A program made the translations under genes and the position numbers. DNA of 64,000 nt from Lingula anatina. Its lineage: Eukaryota; Animalia; Brachiopoda. Where the stretch lies: NCBI GenBank assembly GCA_051362555.1, contig CM120648.1:12706587-12770586 (forward strand), given 5' to 3'. This document shows positions 60,891 to 64,000 of this stretch, in pieces; the first letter of the stretch is position 1, and each line of letters begins with the position of its first letter. The notes under the pieces are model-generated. The model ran no database searches and was not told where the DNA came from. It saw only the letters and a program-made list of their open reading frames with translations.

Positions 60891-63064
60891 ACACACGCAC
60901 ACACACATAAAGATCTCATGCTGTATAGGTACCAGGACTGAATATTAGTCGCATGTACTGTTTGACTGTTTGACACCCCCATCCACACACCCCTGGCTGG
61001 TTCTTCTATTAGATGACTCTGCTCTGTAGCTTTACTTTGTCTTCAGACTTCCATGGTGGTGTATCTACACAGGCTATGTAGATACAGCTTCAGAGCTTCA
61101 GAGATAACTTGACACTAACCTCTTCACAATAGCCTATCTTCATCGTGTCAAGTTACCTCTGACGAAAATAGTTTGACCTAGTTTATATAAGCCAATCGAA
61201 TCCAAGTTTCAAAATTTTTCACCAAAGTTTGGTGAATACGCTGATTGGTTGACCGTCAATCGGTAATCCTCGTCTGATTCCGCAAGCTCCATACTAACAA
61301 CAAAGTTATTGTCTTGTGCGGAGACATCCGAGTAGTTCCATACACAAAGAAAGCATGGCGTCTCCTACGAATGACTACGTAAAATAATGTGTTAAGTTAT
61401 CTCTTGATTCTTTGCAAAATATGAGTATATCGGAATTCAAACCAGAGCAGTTTGAGGCCCTGCATCATTATCTACTGTGGGATGATGTATTTTGCGTGCT
61501 GCCCACAGGTTACGGCAAGTCCCTGATATTCAGCCTTATCTTTGATTGGTCCAGATTTGAACAAAGCGCACTTTGACTCATTCGCGTTCATTGGCTAGAT
61601 CGTTCAATGAGTCATTGAGTGCGGGCTTTAAATTTGATTGGCGGGCGGCGGGGGCAGTCGAATGTGGTCAGAGGTAACTTGACACGATGAAGATAGGCTA
61701 TTGTGAAGAGGTTAGTGTCAAGTTATATCTGAAGCTCAGGGTGCTACACAGGGGCGGATCCAGAGATATTTTTTGACAGTCTTCCAAATTATCCGACAGA
61801 AAATATTAGATGCCCGACAATGTAAACTTGAAAATCTGACCGTCTTCCGGAAGACCCAGAAGACGGCCTAAATCCGCCCCTGCTACATAGCCTGGGTGGT
61901 GGCTGTGATAACATGTAGCTTTACTTTGTCTTCAGACTTCAGTGGTGGTGTATCTACATAGCCTGGGTGTTGGCTGTGATAACTTGTAGCTTTACTTTGT
62001 CTTCAGACTTCCATGGTGGTGTATCTACATAGCCTGGGTGGTGGCTGTGATAACTTGTAGCTTTACTTTGTCTTTAGACTTCCATGGTGGTGTATCTACA
62101 TAGCCTGGGTGGTGGCAGTGTTAACCTGTCTGGTCTGCTCTTACTACACCATGTTGTACGGACTCAAGTACGGACACAAGAAAAGTGTGCAATGGGTGGT
62201 TGCCTTCTTTACAGGGTTCTTCCAAAGTGTGTGCATTACACAGCCAATTAAGGTGAGTAGCAGCAAAAAGGAGGCCATTTTAGATTCATGTTCTTTTTGT
62301 ATAATTACTAGGCTTTTATTTTTTATTTTATTTATTTATTTATTATTTTTTTTTTTTGTATTTTTTAGTTTAAAAATGTTTAGGCTGTTTTGTTTTAGGG
62401 TAAACTAGCAGTAGGACTCTTCATTTAAAGAAATAAATAGCTTTTTTATTTATTTATTCATTTATTGATTGATTGATTGATTGATTAGAAATTTAAATTA
62501 CATTTTGGTATCGAGTTATGTTGTGAAACAGGTTACTTGTTTGCATTGATTACCTTTGTATAAAGTGTTAAATGCAGGCAGTTAAAATGGGATTTGCAAA
62601 TATATCTTTGTTATCTTGTTAACAGACAACAAAATAAAAAGTATAATGAAAAAAAAAATGAAAAAAATGCATTTATACCAACACAATGACAATGTAAGCT
62701 GTAAAAACGAACGGAATAAAGAGTATGATATAAATTAAGCAGCTTGATTTGGAGCTCAATTAATTACAACAGTCAGTACTTTTTAAACAACTTCTAGTCA
62801 TATTGAGAGAAATTATTTACTGTTACTATAAATAATAATAATAATAATAAGAAGAAGAATATCTATTTAAGAAAACATTTGCATGGCATAAGATTGCTGT
62901 GATATTGATAAATTTGTTCTCTTATTTATTTATTTATTTATTTATTTATTTTGCTATATCTTATCTAAAATTTCACATTCAGGTCATCCTGATTGCATTG
63001 TTGGTGAGTCTGATCCTGAAGAAATCAGTTGCAGTAAATGAGGGGAAGAAGGATATACCTCAGA
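6031..63064 (+). CDS. Polycystin-1/PKD1-like (REJ-family) receptor gene, partial; 51 inferred exons: CTL - 14x(Sushi+TSP1) - EGF-like - REJ - GAIN/GPS - TM1 - PLAT - TM2-5
   Basis: Exons bounded by AG/GT join with consistent phase into one open frame. Diagnostic motifs: CLFWDE..WSSEGC, C.C.HMTVF (GPS), WARKKD after TM1, PLAT YLVTVITG..GAGTTANV / WHDNSG..PAWFL / FLCNRWLA, HLWVSVFS.P..PFTRTQRLTC, LPWWCIYIAW, QPIKV. Most similar in layout to PKD1L2/sea-urchin REJ proteins; orthology not established. Confidence 0.93.
6883..7450 (+). CDS. Cassette 1 (diverged): Sushi exon 6883-7062 + TSP1 exon 7271-7450
   Basis: Both exons 180 nt, phase 1-1; CEF..YTC..GY...RTC...WSG.PP.C and WLAWGAWSSCSVTCG...RNRTC...C...C....CP. 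Confidence 0.9.
7451..7797 (+). repeat. 50-bp minisatellite made of the TSP1 exon end + donor site; recurs after every TSP1 exon with variable copy number
   Basis: Unit GTAATTATATTCCACCCAGACACTGTCCTGCTTTGAACAATACTGTCCAG; about 7 copies here, 2-6 in other cassettes. Confidence 0.95.
8993..9501 (+). CDS. Cassette 2: Sushi 8993-9166 + TSP1 9322-9501
   Basis: 174 + 180 nt exons, canonical splice sites, 155-nt intron; type A (GTYFR). Confidence 0.9.
10416..10922 (+). CDS. Cassette 3: Sushi 10416-10589 + TSP1 10743-10922
   Basis: Same exon structure, 153-nt intron; type A. Confidence 0.9.
11792..12298 (+). CDS. Cassette 4: Sushi 11792-11965 + TSP1 12119-12298
   Basis: Type B (GTSFR, CFDQ). Confidence 0.9.
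13304..13810 (+). CDS. Cassette 5: Sushi 13304-13477 + TSP1 13631-13810
   Basis: Type A. Confidence 0.9.
14778..15284 (+). CDS. Cassette 6: Sushi 14778-14951 + TSP1 15105-15284
   Basis: Type B. Confidence 0.9.
16293..16799 (+). CDS. Cassette 7: Sushi 16293-16466 + TSP1 16620-16799
   Basis: Type A. Confidence 0.9.
17767..18273 (+). CDS. Cassette 8: Sushi 17767-17940 + TSP1 18094-18273
   Basis: Type B; private changes PSSPPN to PSCPPH. Confidence 0.9.
19188..19696 (+). CDS. Cassette 9: Sushi 19188-19361 + TSP1 19517-19696
   Basis: Type A; 155-nt intron as in cassette 2. Confidence 0.9.
20619..21125 (+). CDS. Cassette 10: Sushi 20619-20792 + TSP1 20946-21125
   Basis: Mosaic type (GTSFR, CFEQ, EVMGG). 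Confidence 0.9.
22096..22602 (+). CDS. Cassette 11: Sushi 22096-22269 + TSP1 22423-22602
   Basis: Type B TSP1 exon. Confidence 0.9.
23522..24028 (+). CDS. Cassette 12: Sushi 23522-23695 + TSP1 23849-24028
   Basis: Type A. Confidence 0.9.
24509..29169. mobile_element. 4.66-kb non-coding insertion with CAGTA...TACTG ends flanked by TA
   Basis: Absent from the homologous intron position of all other units (ACTACATA|...|TAAATCCTGCA); CpG-richer than the host; internal direct repeats and a subterminal hairpin; no transposase ORF seen. Confidence 0.8.
29588..30094 (+). CDS. Cassette 13: Sushi 29588-29761 + TSP1 29915-30094
   Basis: Slightly diverged (GDVITYTC). Confidence 0.9.
30245..30666. mobile_element. 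About 420-bp insertion, possible solo LTR
   Basis: Not present in other units; begins TGTCGTTTAA and ends TTAGACGATA (imperfect inverted termini); internal AATAAA near 30607; no clear TSD. Confidence 0.45.
31314..31879 (+). CDS. Cassette 14 (diverged): Sushi 31314-31487 + TSP1 31700-31879
   Basis: 212-nt intron resembling that of cassette 1; several private amino-acid changes (CSVICG, RNRIC). Confidence 0.88.
32354..32480 (+). CDS. Exon: small Cys-rich EGF-like module
   Basis: DCSTMNCLGACIVRDQHSYCLCPDSVKDKVGIFEDSALFITQR; phase 1 to 2, fits both neighbours. Confidence 0.75.
32763..32957 (+). repeat. 74-bp tandem triplication of acceptor + exon start
   Basis: AG ends at 32762, 32836, 32910, each followed by ...TGGTCAGTGTAAGCTGTCTGACCCTGGAGCCAAGGTGTCC. 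Confidence 0.92.
32911..33137 (+). CDS. Exon: REJ region
   Basis: CTGQCKLSDPGAKVSLEAVCYHC...YLWDL...LGVKPGVLVPGELYQVTAN; TTTAG acceptor, G|GTAAGT donor; phase 2 to 1. Confidence 0.88.
34537..34940 (+). mobile_element. TTAA-targeting (Kolobok-like) MITE, copy 1
   Basis: TTAA|AGGGATAATAACTCTT ... AAGAGTTATTAACCCC; body homologous to 51625-51949 (reverse) and 55735/58142. Confidence 0.7.
37501..39115 (+). repeat. 56-bp minisatellite (roughly 26 copies, interrupted 38363-38485) derived from acceptor + first 40 nt of the next exon
   Basis: Unit GTACAAGTCAGTCTGCTGGTACAGTGCTGTCTACATCATGTCATGTGTATCTGTAG; the last copy runs into the REJ exon. Confidence 0.95.
39075..39290 (+). CDS. Exon: REJ region
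   Basis: GTSQSAGTVLSTSCFIQMGTSPSPGICTVSPSTGFEIVTNFSVNCSGFSD....LHYNY (REJ P..G.C.V.P..G....T.F...C..F.D motif); phase 1-1. Confidence 0.88.
39616..39761 (+). CDS. Exon: REJ C-terminal part
   Basis: GILLGSSSGGYIHISALSVSP...VRVHAVNEDGMRTVVTSTVQ; phase 1 to 0; CAG|GTATGT. Confidence 0.85.
39705..39950 (+). repeat. 89-bp tandem triplication of exon end + donor
   Basis: GTCCAG|GTATGTTGAC at 39761 and 39850; third copy degenerate. Confidence 0.9.
40068..40292. repeat. (TA)n and (TG)n microsatellites bracketing a ~36-bp inverted repeat
   Basis: AATAAAAAGAAAAAAATAACAGCAGCTATTTTGCC (about 40135-40169) and its reverse complement at about 40229-40263. Confidence 0.8.
40598..40718 (+). CDS. Exon: REJ/GAIN linker
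   Basis: VRPLGDHPDLADRDVGTFLEEITGDLNGILWTAVREGDYT; phase 0 to 1; donor GTTCTC is weak. Confidence 0.75.
40860..41265 (+). repeat. Diverged acceptor/exon-start copies plus a 35-bp tandem repeat (about 6 copies, 40917-41130)
   Basis: TAG|CTGT(C/T)CT(A/G)CAG at 40886, 41143, 41236; unit TGTGTTAAGTTCTATATGTTATTCACATCCTTCTC. Confidence 0.85.
41237..41307 (+). CDS. Exon: GAIN subdomain A helix
   Basis: AVLQLVDAVSSLLNSGTEKLAREQ; phase 1 to 0. Confidence 0.8.
41714..41839 (+). CDS. Exon: GAIN subdomain A helices
   Basis: IRSDMMEAVGNLTIDSLSTAQQAAETLTKLTEHTKEITADSQ; phase 0-0. Confidence 0.85.
41985..42567. mobile_element. MITE with CCCTTAGCAAAA termini and GCAAATTTGCTGC subrepeats
   Basis: CCCTTAGCAAAAT at 41985; TTTTGCTAAGGG at about 42289 and at 42567. 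Confidence 0.75.
42813..42904 (+). CDS. Exon: GAIN region
   Basis: TSGMDTVERLSLVLSSGQRNATFTEVEDTA; phase 0 to 2; AC|GTAAGC. Confidence 0.8.
42974..43687. mobile_element. TIR MITE, ends similar in style to 162-830
   Basis: CTGGCCCCCATTTCACAAAGAATCTTAAATC versus GACTTAGGTTTTTTTTGTGAAATGGAGCCCTG. Confidence 0.7.
44037..44142 (+). CDS. Exon: GAIN region
   Basis: MILQSTSNLLNASMEESRELNITNMTQPERVKVQK; phase 2 to 0; AAG|GTGAGA. Confidence 0.8.
44197..44410. mobile_element. Foldback MITE (family of 4151 and 52545)
   Basis: Imperfect palindrome CTCCGAGAGGATTCTTGCTAAATTGC ... GCAGTTTAGCATGAAACCCCTTGGAG centred on TAATTA. Confidence 0.65.
44447..44629 (+). mobile_element. CAGG...CCTG MITE, diverged copy of the 48371 element
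   Basis: Body homologous to 48371-48536; ends CTGGCTATGGGCCTG; flanks CAATA/CAATT. Confidence 0.7.
44651..44806 (+). repeat. 21-bp tandem repeat (about 7 copies)
   Basis: AAACAACCAGCAACATCAACT units. Confidence 0.9.
45039..45158 (+). CDS. Exon: GAIN (PGE.P motif)
   Basis: TRYIANKALNVISTISDTVLAKKVPGEEPIVIATKTLSVK; phase 0-0. Confidence 0.87.
45693..45875 (+). CDS. Exon: GAIN subdomain B
   Basis: CQKLDLDT...GSFALPPVQNVL...AVDLQ; phase 0-0. Confidence 0.82.
46569..46719 (+). CDS. Exon: GAIN subdomain B (NPF.W motif)
   Basis: MFYMPENPFTWDVSAQDVTSS...LPEPMDIYIPVG; phase 0 to 1. Confidence 0.87.
47067..47257 (+). CDS. Exon: GAIN region
   Basis: KADMNCGITLL...LQVYLKANARPSKEE; phase 1 to 0; GAG|GTATGC. 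Confidence 0.85.
47372..47489. mobile_element. Small palindromic MITE next to the truncated 5' LTR
   Basis: ATGGTCTCTCCACCTCTCACACGCC ... GGCGTGTGAGAGGCGGAGAGACCAT. Confidence 0.75.
47663..51260 (+). pseudogene. Gypsy gag-pol, disrupted by stops, frameshifts and a MITE
   Basis: gag LRDQFIVG and CFNCGEVGHLKGIC knuckle; protease ELDMGS; RT RLPFGVSSSP..MDD; RNase H TDASPYGLGA / TDHKPL; integrase H..HPG..C..C, VHIDFA, SDNGPQF, AAER; integrase C-terminus missing. Confidence 0.92.
48371..48536. mobile_element. MITE with perfect 15-bp TIR and 5-bp TSD, inserted in gag
   Basis: AGAAA|CAGGCCCGTAGCCAG ... CTGGCTACGGGCCTG|AGAAA; removing it restores the gag frame into the protease. Confidence 0.9.
51625..51949 (-). 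mobile_element. TTAA-targeting MITE, copy 2
   Basis: TTAA|AAGGATAACAACT ... AGTTGTTATCCCT|TTAA; reverse-complement homology to 34537-34940. Confidence 0.75.
52075..52243 (+). CDS. Exon: GAIN region
   Basis: ILNSTTLIPIP...GYVLFVPE...TVYYIGITL; phase 0 to 1; A|GTGAGT. Confidence 0.83.
52545..52685. mobile_element. Half copy of the foldback MITE family (4151, 44197)
   Basis: TTAGGGACCATTCCCACAGATATTTGGATCGATCTATC... aligns to the 4151-4381 element. Confidence 0.6.
52892..52998 (+). CDS. Exon: GPS first half
   Basis: HLDVNENVQLLVTVHSSACLFWDEQKEIWSSEGCK; phase 1 to 0. Confidence 0.92.
53186..53416 (+). CDS. Exon: GPS cleavage site + TM1
   Basis: VSPLSTAVTLHCMCHHM|TVFSGGFFILPN...NPLVVSIVLCVWGIYLAVVIWARKKDREDLLK; phase 0-0. 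Confidence 0.94.
53849..53969 (+). CDS. Exon: start of PLAT/LH2 domain
   Basis: VLEDNDPENKYGYLVTVITGWRTGAGTTANVGCFIK; phase 0 to 1. Confidence 0.94.
54091..54593 (+). CDS. Exon: PLAT domain + TM2
   Basis: GENGESDRHVL...FESGGVDSFLL...WHDNSG...FLCNRWLA...HLWVSVFS...FTRTQRLTCALTLLLTTMLTNIMFYG; phase 1 to 0. Confidence 0.94.
54946..55572 (+). CDS. Exon: TM3 + long low-complexity loop
   Basis: FSLSDIIIGIESGMLMFPVNLVIVQLFR, then about 170 Ser/Asp/Asn-rich residues; ATG|GTAGGT donor; acceptor tract weak. Confidence 0.82.
55830..56352. mobile_element. PIF/Harbinger-like foldback MITE
   Basis: TAA|GGGACCGTTCACATGAAAAATCTATTTTCT ... AGAAAATAGATTTTTCATGTGAGGGGTCCC|TAA; inverted arms of about 200 bp. 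Confidence 0.88.
56894..57138 (+). pseudogene. N-terminal fragment of a hAT-type transposase (TTF-like zinc finger)
   Basis: YEKQKRSRQFLPKWTVGRPWLK....MTCTVC fits the R.F...W....PWL....M.C..C pattern; truncated at 57139 by a CAGGGCCTGGTTGCAC MITE-like end. Confidence 0.7.
58255..58313 (+). CDS. Exon: end of TM3-TM4 loop
   Basis: DNSNEVSVITLEEEKNTPF; strong T-tract acceptor, CAG|GTGAAT; phase 0 to 2 matches the next exon. Confidence 0.78.
58341..60687 (+). mobile_element. Non-autonomous Helentron-type element (HINE) with internal block duplications
   Basis: T-run, 5' hairpin TATGTACAGACAC..GTGTCTGTACATA, GTCGTCGCC tract, 3' subTIR TGTCTGTACAT + hairpin GACAGC-TTT-GCTG + T-run (present twice, about 59266-59296 and 60655-60687). 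Confidence 0.75.
60825..60908. repeat. (CT)n(CA)n compound microsatellite
   Basis: Directly visible. Confidence 0.95.
61093..61737 (+). mobile_element. TIR element (71-bp TIRs) carrying a RecQ helicase N-terminal fragment; Academ/AcademH-like derivative
   Basis: Near-perfect TIR GAGCTTCAGAGATAACTTGACAC...; 61421-61531 translates MSISEFKPEQFEALHHYLLWDDVFCVLPTGYGKSLIF (Q-motif + Walker A of RecQ). Confidence 0.8.
61749..61882. mobile_element. CAGGGGCGGAT MITE with 5-bp TSD
   Basis: CTACA|CAGGGGCGGAT ... ATCCGCCCCTG|CTACA. Confidence 0.88.
62078..62252 (+). CDS. Exon: TM4-TM5
   Basis: LPWWCIYIAWVVAVLTCLVCSYYTMLYGLKYGHKKSVQWVVAFFTGFFQSVCITQPIK; phase 2 to 0; AAG|GTGAGT. Confidence 0.93.
62983..63064 (+). 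CDS. Exon: end of TM5 segment
   Basis: VILIALLVSLILKKSVAVNEGKKDIPQ; phase 0 to 1; A|GTAAGA. Confidence 0.88.
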
Positions 63065-63247
63065 GTAAGAATATGGTTCATGTTCTCATCAGTTACCTGT
63101 GTCTTTGAATTAAGAAGTCTTCCATTTCAATTGTTGCAATCTAAGGAAAGTTGGCTATTTTCCTGTGTAAGTTAAACTAAGTACTTCCTAACTTGAATTA
63201 AGAAGTCTTCCATTTCAATTGTTGCAATCTAAGGAAAGTTGGCTATT

Positions 63248-64000
63248 TGTACCACCAGCGTTAGCGCTGGCGGTACACATGGTTTTAGTCCCGTCCGGAT
63301 CGTTCCGCCGGCTCCGCCGGACGGCTACCGTTACCGCTTCTCCTCCTAGATGGTAAGGGCCTCCGTACCCATCTCTTGGATTTAGGTCACCTATAATCTC
63401 AACTCGTTCCATGTAAAATTTGGGCTTTGTCGGTATTGGGGTCTAGGTGTGGCACTCATTGCAATGCACCCTTGTCTAAAAATGGCAAAATTAAATGCTA
63501 ATTATCTACCCTACGGAAGGAATTATGGGAAAAATTTCTACAGACGGCTTTCCAAAAGTCATATATGTAGATTTCAAATATGCCCTTGGATTTGACCTTT
63601 GACCTTTATTTCAAGGTCAAACGGGCCAAAAGTTTCGAAAAAACAATTTTTTACGAAAAAAAAAAATTATTTGCCCCGTTATTCAGACACCACACAGACT
63701 TAACCAATAATATTATTGGAAAGTGTTACCCTTCAGGTCATCTTTCATCTCCGTGAATTTGGGGTTAATCGGTGCATTTTCACGGGAGTAGCGGCCATAA
63801 GATACCGAAACTGAAAACTGTCTCTAATTCGGGAACCGTTAATGCTAGAGACCCATTCTTTTTTGCATTTTGTAGAGCATGTAAAGCCCAACACTGAAGG
63901 TGGTCTCCGTTTTTTTGTATTCCATACGGTTTTCGAGTTACGCTGTCTCAAAAATTACATATTGGTGGTGAAAGCAAAATGTGCAATACGGTAATGGATA
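63248..64000 (+). mobile_element. Second HINE-like element, running off the window end
   Basis: TTT then hairpin GTACCACCAGCG..CGCTGGCGGTAC, CCG-rich microsatellite-like tract, internal TTGACCTTTGACCTTT..AAGGTCAA palindrome. Confidence 0.6.

Larger units (their letters stand above)
61025..62120 (+). repeat. 71-bp tandem copies of acceptor + exon start; first copy interrupted by two elements
   Basis: TGTAGCTTTACTTTGTCTT(C/T)AG|ACTTC(C/A)(A/G)TGGTGG with AG ending at 61046, 61935, 62006, 62077. Confidence 0.92.

Overview
AT-rich, intron-rich animal genomic DNA. It looks like a marine invertebrate, probably a mollusc; this is inferred only from the repeat types and gene architecture. From 6031 to beyond 63064 the + strand carries one multi-exon gene of the polycystin-1/PKD1-like (REJ) family. 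Its 5' and 3' ends were not found. I chained 51 GT-AG exons by hand into one phase-consistent open frame of about 9.15 kb (about 3050 aa). Domain order: C-type lectin; 14 tandem [Sushi/CCP exon + TSP1 exon] cassettes; a small EGF-like exon; a short REJ region; GAIN/GPS (C-x-C-x-H-M|T); TM1; PLAT/LH2; TM2-5. The 14-cassette array (6.9-31.9 kb) is nearly identical across both exons and introns. It shows an A/B higher-order pattern and diverged terminal units. At six independent exon boundaries the splice junction itself has been tandemly duplicated, in four cases as AG|GT units. The introns hold an internally deleted RTE LINE, a decayed Gypsy element enclosed by inverted repeats, two Helentron-type (HINE) elements, a TIR element with a RecQ helicase fragment, a hAT fragment, several MITE families and a 4.66-kb non-coding insertion in one array unit. 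All calls come from reading the sequence; no searches were run.
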